From IMG/VR virus record IMGVR_UViG_3300008121_000011: a DNA stretch of 64,000 bases; one strand, written 5' to 3'. Made by a program: the position numbers and the translations under genes. Source of the stretch: a virus. The notes below the pieces were generated by a model that saw only the letters and a list, made by a program, of their open reading frames with translations, had not been told where the DNA came from and searched no databases. Of the stretch, positions 41,777 to 50,138 are shown in pieces (position 1 is the stretch's first letter; each line of letters starts with the position of its first letter).

Positions 41777-42036
41777 GCTAAACGCTCCTTAGCTTTTGCC
41801 ATTTCACCGTTGCCTAATGCTTTACGCAAATCCTCTATTGATTGCAGTTTTTCTGCTGGCGGTTCAGTAGCGATCGCCAAACCTTTAATATTTGCTCTAG
41901 CAATCAAATCATCGATCGCTGCTTCGATAGTGTCGTTAATTGTTTCTCCCAAAACCTCAGACGCAATTCGGGCGTTACGGTGTTTGTCAGGGGGGATATA
42001 AGCCTTAACTTGGCTGTGTGTAGCTGCTTTGCCCAT
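41773..42036 (-). CDS. Hypothetical protein (87 aa)
   Basis: ATGA-coupled. Confidence 0.4.
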   Translation of the reverse strand: MGKAATHSQVKAYIPPDKHRNARIASEVLGETINDTIEAAIDDLIARANIKGLAIATEPPAEKLQSIEDLRKALGNGEMAKAKERLA

Positions 42037-42189
42037 CGCTTTTTTGTTTACCTAAACTTGATTACTTAATAAGTATGGTACGATTGTACGCAAATAAACC
42101 ATTAATTTACAAATCCCAACCCTGTAAAGCATAGATATTTCTCTATGTGTGGCGACACAAAAAAGCTGCTATCTAAGCAGCTCCCAAAA

Positions 42190-42498
42190 CTATGTTTTTG
42201 TTAATTTCCGTTCAACCTTTGCAACAACTTGCCTGATGTTCTCAGGATCGCGCCCTAGCTTTTCGGCTGTTGCGACAACTTTGCGATCGCACTCGATCCA
42301 AGTTGTGTAAATCTCCCATTGCAAGGGAGTAATCCCAAAATACTTAAGCACAATTGCTTGTACTGTATGCGATGCGTTGTCGCCAATAGCGGCGATCGCA
42401 TCTCCTAAGATGGGGCTAAAACAGTAGGAATATGTTTTAGCCTTTATTTCGGGCGGTTTCTTAGGTCTACCGCCTCCGCGAGACCCGCCTCTAGGCAT
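42190..42498 (-). CDS. Putative HTH DNA-binding protein (102 aa)
   Basis: The ATG is at 42498 (MPRGGSRGGGRPKKPPE...). The C-terminal 'VATAEKLGRDPENIRQVVAKVERKL' resembles sigma region 4 / HTH. Confidence 0.4.
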   Translation of the reverse strand: MPRGGSRGGGRPKKPPEIKAKTYSYCFSPILGDAIAAIGDNASHTVQAIVLKYFGITPLQWEIYTTWIECDRKVVATAEKLGRDPENIRQVVAKVERKLTKT

Positions 42499-42862
42499 AA
42501 ATAACACCATCTGGATCGTCGGCTTCTACTTCTTCACCGTCTTCATTGCGAAGAGTTTTTACTTTTTCGGGTCTGAGTGAAGCCAGTTTAAAATCTTCTT
42601 GTAATACCTTGATTAAAGATGCAACTTCAGACTGAATGCCATACTTGAAGCCAAAATAACCACCTTTAAATTCGCTGTCAATTGCCTTGATCGAAAAGTA
42701 GCCATTGCCAAAGTAGACTCTAATTTCGTCATCTTTTTTATCCCATACACGAGCTCTTACAAAACCAGCAGCTCTGTTATGCCATTCAGATCCTTTTGAT
42801 TGATTCCAAAGAGTTTGTAATTTTTGTGCAAACTCTAAACCCGAAATTAGTTGTTGTGTCAT
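42491..42862 (-). CDS. Hypothetical protein (123 aa)
   Basis: First gene behind promoter copy B. Confidence 0.5.
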   Translation of the reverse strand: MTQQLISGLEFAQKLQTLWNQSKGSEWHNRAAGFVRARVWDKKDDEIRVYFGNGYFSIKAIDSEFKGGYFGFKYGIQSEVASLIKVLQEDFKLASLRPEKVKTLRNEDGEEVEADDPDGVIYA

Positions 42863-42893
42863 TGCTTTGTTCCTTTGTTTAACTCAATAACCT

Positions 42894-42922
42894 ATTATTG
42901 ATCACCCTATAGGTTTTGTCAA
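42894..42922 (-). promoter_or_regulatory. Sigma70-like promoter (copy B of the ~60-bp repeat)
   Basis: The minus strand reads TTGACA (42922-42917), a 17-nt spacer, then AATAAT (42899-42894). The block 42868-42928 is the near-identical inverted copy of 14938-14998. Confidence 0.55.
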
Positions 42923-42951
42923 TAGCAAAACCAAACTATTTTTATAGACAC

Positions 42952-42979
42952 AAAAAAATCCGTCGCGGGCGCAACGGAT
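42952..42979 (-). terminator. Rho-independent terminator ending the Cas-like operon
   Basis: The minus strand reads ATCCGT-(TGCGCCCGCG)-ACGGAT-T7, 18 nt after the stop at 42997. Confidence 0.6.
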
Positions 42980-42996
42980 GGGGGCGTGAGGTTAGT

Positions 42997-43584
42997 TTAT
43001 TCAAAAAACCCGCATCCTAGATGTTTGCGACCTCCCAACCCTTTCTCTTGTAATACCAAAGACTCGTTAGGGCGCAAATCTGAAAACATTACAGGGTATA
43101 CAGCACACGGCTGCTTTTTAATAATTAGCTGCTCTTTGCGCCCTATTGTTGGCAGTGTATTAATATCAAACTTTGCTAGTTGCTTGCCTAGCGACACCGC
43201 AAACCTAGTAAGATCGGGTTCACGATTGTTGTCGGTTTTAATTGATACCCAAGCCGCTAGATTCTCTTGAGATTTTAGCTCTGTGCCATTAACCAGCTTG
43301 AGTTTAATCAACTCTTTGCCTAAATGGATTTGACAATCAAAAAGCATCGTTAGCTCTGTAATTAAATCTTTGGAGCAACGTAGCTTTATATTGCTTTGAG
43401 TTAAACGTAATGTGCGATCGTCAAAAATATTTGTGTTACTGATTCTACCGATCGCCCACTCAGGGTTATCTTTGAACTTAGGAGATAAGCTGGTCAGCGC
43501 TGAATATAAGCAATAGTGATAATTCCGTGGGATTAACGCCCCTTCAATACTGAATAAAAATTCTATAAAATTGCAGTTAGGCAT
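42997..43584 (-). CDS. Cas6-like RAMP endoribonuclease (195 aa)
   Basis: The C-terminal glycine-rich loop 'GLGGRKHLGCGFFE' is of the Cas6e/Cmx6 type (G.G..K.fGcG). Its size and beta-rich layout fit Cas6. The start overlaps the cupin stop by 8 nt. Confidence 0.45.
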   Translation of the reverse strand: MPNCNFIEFLFSIEGALIPRNYHYCLYSALTSLSPKFKDNPEWAIGRISNTNIFDDRTLRLTQSNIKLRCSKDLITELTMLFDCQIHLGKELIKLKLVNGTELKSQENLAAWVSIKTDNNREPDLTRFAVSLGKQLAKFDINTLPTIGRKEQLIIKKQPCAVYPVMFSDLRPNESLVLQEKGLGGRKHLGCGFFE

Positions 43585-43936
43585 TGATAATCACCAATCT
43601 TTTTTCACTATCTACAGGTTGATGCTTGTTTGCAATAGATAAAAGAAAAAGCCCGTCATTTCCAGCCCTTACCCTATGAGGTTGCGAACCTTCAACAAAA
43701 TAGCAAGTTCCTTTGATGATTGGTTGTGTTTCATCGCCGCAATCAATCCATCCAGACCCCTCTACTCCAAACAAAATATGATCACCCTCATGGGTATGAA
43801 GAGAAGTTTTTTCATTAGGTGCAAAATTCAACATATCAGCAGCAAAGTTATCTTTTTTTACCAGTGGCAATCCGACAGCTTGACTGCCATGCATCTGATA
43901 CCAGTAATCAGCATCTAAATAATTTTTAATTTGCAT
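43577..43936 (-). CDS. Cupin-domain protein (119 aa)
   Basis: Cupin motif 1 is 'SLHTHEGDHILFGVEGSG' and motif 2 is 'GTCYFVEGSQPHRVRAGN'. Confidence 0.75.
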   Translation of the reverse strand: MQIKNYLDADYWYQMHGSQAVGLPLVKKDNFAADMLNFAPNEKTSLHTHEGDHILFGVEGSGWIDCGDETQPIIKGTCYFVEGSQPHRVRAGNDGLFLLSIANKHQPVDSEKRLVIINA

Positions 43937-44594
43937 ACAACAATCCTTTTAGGTATTCAAAATATTCTGGGGCGATCGCTCGAAACTCTTCTAATCTTGC
44001 AGCTTGATATTGATTGTTAGTATTTTTGCTGACATGATCTGTAGTTCGTTTTGCGCCTAAATCATAGGCTTTTAGGTATGGTAATTCATGGGAAAGCGTA
44101 TAAGCCCAAATATCGTTTTCACTCCAATTAAAAACAGGGCAAGCTCTGTAATCTCCTTTTTTGTATTGATAGATAGCGCCATTTTTTAGCAAGGTTGCTT
44201 TACGTTTTGCGCTTTCTTCTATCCGCAATCCAACAAAAGCGACTGGATAATCAATCCATAATTTTTGTGACTTAACTTTGTTAGGGACATGATCACCTTG
44301 CATTAAAATAGTTTGAATGTTTAGCCCAAATTTGTCCTGATATTTTGATTCTGTTTCAGCATAGTTACTAATCATTTCTCTTTCATAATGTCCAAAAGAA
44401 ATAGCCAAAATATTAGGACAAATCGACTGCACTAAATGAAGCATTACGACTGAATCTTTACCCCATGACACCGCAACATAAGAAGGAGCGATCGCTAAAG
44501 CCTCTCGAATAATCTCTTTAGCTTTCTCAACTTTGCGCTTAAACGTTGGCAGTGTCGCGTGAGCCAAGAATGCATCGCGTTCTATTCTCTCCAT
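43926..44594 (-). CDS. PAPS-reductase-family (CysH-like) PP-loop protein
   Basis: The PP-loop is 'VSWGKDS' (SGGKDS-type), with 'FVGLRIEESAKRK' and 'PVFNWSENDIWAY', all typical of the family. Confidence 0.75.
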   Translation of the reverse strand: MERIERDAFLAHATLPTFKRKVEKAKEIIREALAIAPSYVAVSWGKDSVVMLHLVQSICPNILAISFGHYEREMISNYAETESKYQDKFGLNIQTILMQGDHVPNKVKSQKLWIDYPVAFVGLRIEESAKRKATLLKNGAIYQYKKGDYRACPVFNWSENDIWAYTLSHELPYLKAYDLGAKRTTDHVSKNTNNQYQAARLEEFRAIAPEYFEYLKGLLYAN

Positions 44595-45268
44595 ACATTA
44601 TCCGTAGGCATATAGCATATAGTTCTATTGGATTGCAGAAAATACGGTGTTCGCCACCCCCAGTTCATCATATTGATAGATTGAGGCTGTGGAATCATAT
44701 TAATTGGCATTGGTCGGGCTAACCTATCACCTCTCCACAAATGCCAATCATGTTCAAAGGGTAGTACTTCCCATTTGTGTACCTGTCCGCAACCTTGCGA
44801 TCGCTTCTTACCAAGATGCGTAACATTTAGAATTAGTTCGCTAATCTTGTCAGCATTGCCAATCGCAAACCAGTGTATAGTCTGCATTTCGCGATCATAT
44901 CGTGGTAAATCATAGGCTTTAAAATGCCCTTGCGAACTATCAACCTTAGCTTTCTTTTTACCCCAATCAAGGTGTAGTTCTTGCTTGTCCCATCGCTTAC
45001 GGTAACGCTGAGTTTGTTGATGATTTTCGATGTAGTGTGGTGAACTCACGGCCCAATACCACTCGCCTTTGAGCGTCTTCCGAGCGATCGGCATTTCATC
45101 AAAAATCAAGGGCAGATTCTTTTCGGCATCCGCAGCCGTTGGATTGGGCGTGATTAACCCTAATTGGTCTAACAATTGATACTCAATCAGAGCATCAAAG
45201 CTCGGACTCCAATCATCATAGGCAACTAGCGGCGTTGCCATGTGTGCAATTATTTGGAGATTATCCAT
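44582..45268 (-). CDS. csf3: Cas5-like RAMP protein (Csf3-like)
   Basis: The N-terminus is 'AHMATPLVAYDDWSPSFDALIEYQLL' and the G-rich loop is 'LGKKRSQGCGQVHKWEV'. It lies immediately downstream of the Cas7-like gene (8-nt overlap). Confidence 0.45.
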   Translation of the reverse strand: MDNLQIIAHMATPLVAYDDWSPSFDALIEYQLLDQLGLITPNPTAADAEKNLPLIFDEMPIARKTLKGEWYWAVSSPHYIENHQQTQRYRKRWDKQELHLDWGKKKAKVDSSQGHFKAYDLPRYDREMQTIHWFAIGNADKISELILNVTHLGKKRSQGCGQVHKWEVLPFEHDWHLWRGDRLARPMPINMIPQPQSINMMNWGWRTPYFLQSNRTICYMPTDNVWRE

Positions 45269-46466
45269 TGAGTAAACTCCTAATATCGCTCTTAGAATCA
45301 GCTAGAAACCCTTTGTAATCTTCAAGATATTCTTTGTACCTTGCATGAGATTCAGAGGCGCGATCGCTTAGTTTTTGAGCGTGAGGTGTAATCGTCATAA
45401 ACTCACCGCGATCGCCGTCAGCGGTCTCAAACCAAAACTGCATAGAGCATAGTCCGCAACCCGTTCCTGATTGACCGCCCAAGTATGGCGATTCTGCAAA
45501 CTTGAGTAAAGCATCTGCAATAAATCCTTCCTCAATTCTGGTTACGTTGGCACTCCAAAAACTGTAGAGAGTCGCACCTGTTTGTAAAAGCCAATTACCC
45601 ATGATCATTTGTTGGCTTTTCTCTTTTTCAGGCTTTGCTTTTTCGCCTTTCCCTTTCTTGGTTTCAGGCTCCGAAACAATGCCAAATAAATCGCCTTGAG
45701 TCAGCATCTTTGGAGATTCTGGAGTAGCGCCAATTAGATGTTTTGCAAAGTTAGGATCATGCAATGAATCGCGCCTTGTCTTTTGGCTATAGGTAAGCCA
45801 ATCGGAATAATATCGAAGCTTCTCACCTAAAAATGGCATCCATTCAGCAAGCAATGCCTTTAGATTGTATTGAGAAACCTTGGTATCAATTCCTAGCCAT
45901 TGATTCACTCGTTGACTATGCTGTAAGTCTTTACCATCAATAATCTGCTCTAGCGCTGAAATTACGTCAATAGGTAGCGCAGGAGGAAACTGTCGATAAA
46001 TATATTCAGCACTTTCTACACAAGCCAAATAAGCATCACCAACAGCGATCCGACCGTGCACCATTTGAGCATCGCCAACACCAAACAATCCTTTAGGTTT
46101 GGCAGTTCCTAGTACTGAGAGGCATGGCAAAAGCTGACGGATTTTTTTGTCCAAATCCAAATCATTACCCGTGCCACCATCGATCGCACCGCCGCAAAAT
46201 AGAGCGTGATGCATCGTTGGCGATACTTGCACACCAATCTGAGAGAGGAAAGAATCAATACCACAGCGTCTCAAAATACGATTGCGTAGCGAGTTACCAG
46301 AAAGACAAAACACCTCAGAGGGATTTCCCTCTAAATCTGTCACTTTCAACGTTCGTAAATTGGTTTGATTGCCTACAGACTCACTGATGTGGCTTAGCGG
46401 CTGCAACAGTGTAATTTGCAGGTGTAGCTTGATATTATGGCGATCGTGTGGGTTGTAATTAAGCAT
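45261..46466 (-). CDS. csf2: Cas7-like RAMP backbone protein (Csf2-like)
   Basis: Contains 'ITLLQPLSHISE', 'CLSGNSLRNRILRR' (the G.S.R..LR RAMP motif), 'LFCGGAIDGG', 'LSVLGT' and the C-terminal 'LGGQSGTGCGLCS'. A Lys-rich insertion KKGKGEKAKPEKEK is present. Confidence 0.55.
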   Translation of the reverse strand: MLNYNPHDRHNIKLHLQITLLQPLSHISESVGNQTNLRTLKVTDLEGNPSEVFCLSGNSLRNRILRRCGIDSFLSQIGVQVSPTMHHALFCGGAIDGGTGNDLDLDKKIRQLLPCLSVLGTAKPKGLFGVGDAQMVHGRIAVGDAYLACVESAEYIYRQFPPALPIDVISALEQIIDGKDLQHSQRVNQWLGIDTKVSQYNLKALLAEWMPFLGEKLRYYSDWLTYSQKTRRDSLHDPNFAKHLIGATPESPKMLTQGDLFGIVSEPETKKGKGEKAKPEKEKSQQMIMGNWLLQTGATLYSFWSANVTRIEEGFIADALLKFAESPYLGGQSGTGCGLCSMQFWFETADGDRGEFMTITPHAQKLSDRASESHARYKEYLEDYKGFLADSKSDIRSLLNG

Positions 46467-46983
46467 TGATAGTAGCCTCTACATCTAGAGTATTTTCTGT
46501 TTCTTCTGGAATATTCAAAGCGCGATCGCTTTCAAAGCGAACACGACAAAAAGTAGTAATAATGTGCGGTTTTGATTTGCACAAACTGAGGATATGTCGA
46601 TCGCTTATCCCTTCAGGCTTGAGGGAGTTGAGAATATCTTGCCATCCGAGCCATCGCAAATGTTGATCGCTATCAATTTGTTGAATGTCTCCCATGCTTC
46701 CATCTTCATTCACGGAAGCCCGTAAAATTACCTGTTTTGGCGCAATGATGCGAGTCCATTCTTTAGGATTGAGATGTGCAACGATTAGCTTTTTTGCCAG
46801 ATTCTCAATGTAATCATCAATACTTCTTGAGGGAATAGCAGCATTTTGGATACTACTCTGAAAGTATTCCCAAGTCTTCAAACCCATTGCAGGGCTTTTG
46901 CCTTTATCTCTACAGCGAAAAACCCAGTAACTAAGCGCACTGGCTAAAGCTGTAACCCTGTCTTCCGTTCCTATTCCATACAT
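46459..46983 (-). CDS. Hypothetical helical protein (174 aa) in the Cas11/small-subunit position
   Basis: Overlaps the Cas7-like start by 8 nt. No motif; assignment is by position only. Confidence 0.3.
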   Translation of the reverse strand: MYGIGTEDRVTALASALSYWVFRCRDKGKSPAMGLKTWEYFQSSIQNAAIPSRSIDDYIENLAKKLIVAHLNPKEWTRIIAPKQVILRASVNEDGSMGDIQQIDSDQHLRWLGWQDILNSLKPEGISDRHILSLCKSKPHIITTFCRVRFESDRALNIPEETENTLDVEATINA

Positions 46984-47011
46984 AAATATTTCTCGTACAT
47001 CTACGGTGTTT

Positions 47012-47356
47012 TTATTCTAGATCACAAACAGCATTCCAAGCCGCCAACTTAGCTTTACCGACAGACACACCACGCGTCCTAGCGTGGTCAAAAGCTTTAT
47101 TACGCAGTCTACTTAATTCCCGCTGTTTTAGCTCCTTTGGTGTCGCCTTACGTAGCTTAGGGATAGCGCGATAATTACCCTCAACGCATTCAATATGCAA
47201 GCGCCTGTTACCGTATGCGATCGCGCCTTGGTTAAGAAGTAAGCGCAATGCGCTCGTATTGATTTGCGTGCATATTTCAATGTAGCGCAAGGAGTAAGAG
47301 CCGCGATGGGCATCAAAGAAGCCGATGAGCTTGGCTCGTTCAATTTCTAGAGGCAT
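47012..47356 (-). CDS. Hypothetical basic protein (114 aa)
   Basis: Its ATG shares one base with the stop of the upstream P-loop gene. Confidence 0.45.
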   Translation of the reverse strand: MPLEIERAKLIGFFDAHRGSYSLRYIEICTQINTSALRLLLNQGAIAYGNRRLHIECVEGNYRAIPKLRKATPKELKQRELSRLRNKAFDHARTRGVSVGKAKLAAWNAVCDLE

Positions 47357-47928
47357 TATGGTTCCTCTAAATAATCTTCAACAAATTTCACCCGATCACC
47401 CAAATCCAAACAGTCCCTATGCAACTCCTTATAAGGCAAATTTAGATGATTGAGCATCCCTAAAAGCTGAGTATGCAACTTGAATATTAACGGTTGATTA
47501 ATCGCCGCTTTGTACTCACGCTCGACAAAAGGGATGGCAGGGGGAATTAATACAATTTTGTCAAAATACCGAGCCGTAACATTAAAGCAAGTTTGTAAGT
47601 AAACCATGACTCTTGACTGCATACGCTCGTTTAGTTCACCATTGCCAATGTCTGCTAATAGGTAAGCAACCATATCGAGAGGTGTGCGATCGCTAATAAA
47701 GCTAGGCTCGTCAACGTTAAACCAGATATTCCCAGTTTTATCTAAAATCTCCTCTTGTAAACGCAATCTAATAAAAATATCCAATTTGTCGGACGGGTGG
47801 AAACCATGTTGCAAAAACACACTACTCGCATCAATAGGGATATATGGAATCCCTAGCTTTTGCGATAAGGCGATTGCTAGTGTGGTTTTGCCCGTGCCAT
47901 GCGCACCGCATAATCCGATGTTAGCCAT
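47356..47928 (-). CDS. P-loop NTPase / small-molecule kinase-like protein (AAA_28/NadR-like)
   Basis: The ATG is at 47928 (MANIGLCGAHGTGKTTLAIAL). Walker A lies at the extreme N-terminus, with 'FISDRTPLD' and a ~190-aa size typical of nucleoside/nucleotide kinases. Confidence 0.55.
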   Translation of the reverse strand: MANIGLCGAHGTGKTTLAIALSQKLGIPYIPIDASSVFLQHGFHPSDKLDIFIRLRLQEEILDKTGNIWFNVDEPSFISDRTPLDMVAYLLADIGNGELNERMQSRVMVYLQTCFNVTARYFDKIVLIPPAIPFVEREYKAAINQPLIFKLHTQLLGMLNHLNLPYKELHRDCLDLGDRVKFVEDYLEEP

Positions 47929-48145
47929 TGTCTTCACCTCCAATATCAATTACTTCCTTGTCCAAGCACTGCATTATCAGTGCTAACTCGCCTTTTAGAT
48001 CTTCCAGTGTTGCGCCAACAGGTGTTACTTCTTTGTGACTCCAACTGGTTAATTCGCCCTTACTATTTGGGTAAAACTCGCGGATAGCAAGCACCTCATC
48101 GCCATTTTCAAGGGTTTGCTTTGAGATTCGATACGTCCAACTCAT
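47921..48145 (-). CDS. Hypothetical protein (74 aa)
   Basis: ATG ORF in the operon. Confidence 0.4.
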   Translation of the reverse strand: MSWTYRISKQTLENGDEVLAIREFYPNSKGELTSWSHKEVTPVGATLEDLKGELALIMQCLDKEVIDIGGEDNG

Positions 48146-48189
48146 TATTTAACCTCAGTTAACCTGTGAATAGTCCAATGTGTGGATCC

Positions 48190-48423
48190 TCATTTCAAAT
48201 CCCCAACAATCATCTCAAAAATGCTATGGGTGCAACAGCCCATAAATTTAAAATTATCTGCGGCGATCGGGTCAGTTGGATTACCGTCGGCATCAGTCCA
48301 AAACATTTGCGGTTTATATGGTTCGCCGTTTAGCGTGAACTCAATGCTTTCAATGTTCTGGCTATCCCAAAGAGCTTTTTGCGCTAGCCATGCTTGGATG
48401 TCTTCAATCTTGACGATCATCAT
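48190..48423 (-). CDS. Hypothetical protein (77 aa)
   Basis: ATGA-coupled. Confidence 0.4.
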   Translation of the reverse strand: MMIVKIEDIQAWLAQKALWDSQNIESIEFTLNGEPYKPQMFWTDADGNPTDPIAADNFKFMGCCTHSIFEMIVGDLK

Positions 48424-48662
48424 TCTTTACGCTCCTTATTCCTTAAATTAATTTCCTTGTCAGTAGCCAAAACCAGCACACTAGACCAAATACAGGTAAA
48501 GATCGCGATAAACAAAAGCCCCTTACCTAATGACTCCCATATGAACCAAAAGAAACCAGCGATCGGAATTAGTAAAACAAAGGCAATGGTTAAACACATG
48601 CCAGCGCCTAATTGATTTTCTTCTAGCTCTTTGTCAGTCTTATCTGCAAATAATCTAGCCAT
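48420..48662 (-). CDS. Membrane protein (80 aa, two TM segments)
   Basis: The hydrophobic stretches are CLTIAFVLLIPIAGFFWFIW and LLFIAIFTCIWSSVLVLA. Confidence 0.45.
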   Translation of the reverse strand: MARLFADKTDKELEENQLGAGMCLTIAFVLLIPIAGFFWFIWESLGKGLLFIAIFTCIWSSVLVLATDKEINLRNKERKE

Positions 48663-49192
48663 TACCCTTTACTCTCCTGTGTGTCTAAATCACCGTTATA
48701 CCGCCCTGTCTCTGAGTAATCATGCCTAGGATAAGCCGTCTCAGCAAATACGATTTGACCAATTCGCATAAGTGGATAAATAGGTTGCCAAGTCCAAAGA
48801 CGGTGATTTAGCAACTCTAAGGTCAGCTTTGAATTATTAAAACCACCATCAATCCATACTGCCAAAACGTGACCCCACCCTGATCGCCCTCTACTTGACT
48901 TAAGTCTAAACTCTGCTGAGTAATTACTCGGCATATTGAAAGTCTCGTAGGTACAAGCCAGAATAAAACTTAGTGGCGATACCCAAAACGGGTTTGATTC
49001 TGAGTACTTGGTTAAGTCGTGAGTAGTAAACTCTTGACCTGTTAGACCTCGTTTAAGCCAGTTGTTCTCAGTTTTCAGCGTGTAGCCTATCCGCACATCG
49101 AGTGATTGTGGGTTAAGCATTGCTTTGTCAAATGGCACGATAACGCCTTTTTCTTCGCAAAGCTTTTCGATTTCGTGGTCAACTAGCGTCAT
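48662..49192 (-). CDS. dcd: dCTP deaminase family protein
   Basis: 'LNPQSLDVRIG', 'ILACTYETFNMP', 'RLKSSRGRSG', 'WIDGGFNNSKLTLELLN' and 'MRIGQIVF' are collinear with E. coli Dcd. Confidence 0.75.
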   Translation of the reverse strand: MTLVDHEIEKLCEEKGVIVPFDKAMLNPQSLDVRIGYTLKTENNWLKRGLTGQEFTTHDLTKYSESNPFWVSPLSFILACTYETFNMPSNYSAEFRLKSSRGRSGWGHVLAVWIDGGFNNSKLTLELLNHRLWTWQPIYPLMRIGQIVFAETAYPRHDYSETGRYNGDLDTQESKG

Positions 49193-49340
49193 TTTTAAAT
49201 AACCTCAAAATCCTAGAACTAGCACCCATCTTCTGAGCTTTTGCGCGAGACGCTTCTACCCTATACCGATCTTCCATTTGCTGTGATGAAATGGCGATCG
49301 GGATACGCTGTTTTTCTGGCTGTTTTTCTGTGTCACTCAT
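49179..49340 (-). CDS. Hypothetical protein (53 aa, below cutoff)
   Basis: MSDTEKQPEKQRIPIAISSQQMEDRYRVEASRAKAQKMGASSRILRLFKNDAS*. Overlaps the dcd start. Confidence 0.3.
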   Translation of the reverse strand: MSDTEKQPEKQRIPIAISSQQMEDRYRVEASRAKAQKMGASSRILRLFKNDAS

Positions 49341-49342
49341 GG

Positions 49343-49522
49343 TTAAAACATCTCATTAAAACTAAGTGAATCCCAAAAATATTGTCTAGACTCTCCAACG
49401 GTTTCTAGATATGGATCTTTAGTCACTACCATCCACCACAAAGCAAACATGTAGTAAGGATAAGTTACGCAACACTTAAAATCTGACCACTTTAAATAAA
49501 ATCTAATCTGCCAATTTCTCAT
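49343..49522 (-). CDS. Hypothetical protein (59 aa, below cutoff)
   Basis: MRNWQIRFYLKWSDFKCCVTYPYYMFALWWMVVTKDPYLETVGESRQYFWDSLSFNEMF*. Confidence 0.3.
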   Translation of the reverse strand: MRNWQIRFYLKWSDFKCCVTYPYYMFALWWMVVTKDPYLETVGESRQYFWDSLSFNEMF

Positions 49523-49525
49523 ACT

Positions 49526-49726
49526 CTAAAGCCTCTTTACCTTAATCAAATCACCAATCTTGCAGTAAAGCACCGCACACAAAGCATCGATTAAATCGCG
49601 CTCTAAATACTCAAACCGATCTTGCTCAAGCCTTGATATCTTCTGAGTCGAAGTATTGCAAAGCTCTGCTAGTTGTTTTTGAGTTAACAATCGCGCCTTG
49701 CGTAAGCATTTTAAGTTTAGCTGCAT
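49526..49726 (-). CDS. XRE-family (Cro/CI-type) HTH transcriptional regulator
   Basis: The ATG is at 49726. 'LRKARLLTQKQLAELCNTSTQKISRLEQ' is a classic HTH_3 pattern. Confidence 0.7.
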   Translation of the reverse strand: MQLNLKCLRKARLLTQKQLAELCNTSTQKISRLEQDRFEYLERDLIDALCAVLYCKIGDLIKVKRL

Positions 49727-49950
49727 AGCTTTAGCTCCTGATATTTGCGCTCTAATTCTGGCAGTCCACACTCAAGATCACCATTGATGCTTAATTCAAA
49801 CCATTTACCAGTAAATTTAAAATACTCATACGAATATTGCTCTAACTGTTTATTCCAGCGAATATTAAGATTAGATTCAGTGCGTACATACACTTTATCT
49901 TCATACGCCAAAAAAGAGGTGGTAACTGTATTTTCTCTAATTATCTCCAT
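49717..49950 (-). CDS. Hypothetical protein (77 aa), first gene of the leftward operon
   Basis: The ATG is at 49950 (MEIIRENTV...). Confidence 0.4.
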   Translation of the reverse strand: MEIIRENTVTTSFLAYEDKVYVRTESNLNIRWNKQLEQYSYEYFKFTGKWFELSINGDLECGLPELERKYQELKLCS

Positions 49951-50138
49951 TACATAAACACCCTTGAGCAACTACTCACTATCATACTACTTACTCGTCA
50001 TTTATTGATTAGCTTTTACTTATATAAAATGGCTAAAAGTACTGATAATACTAATCATTAAAATATTGGCTATCCTTCAAAAGGGTAGTATCTTTAGTAC
50101 ATAAACAATCAAGAAACAGGAAAACAAAGGAGTAAACC

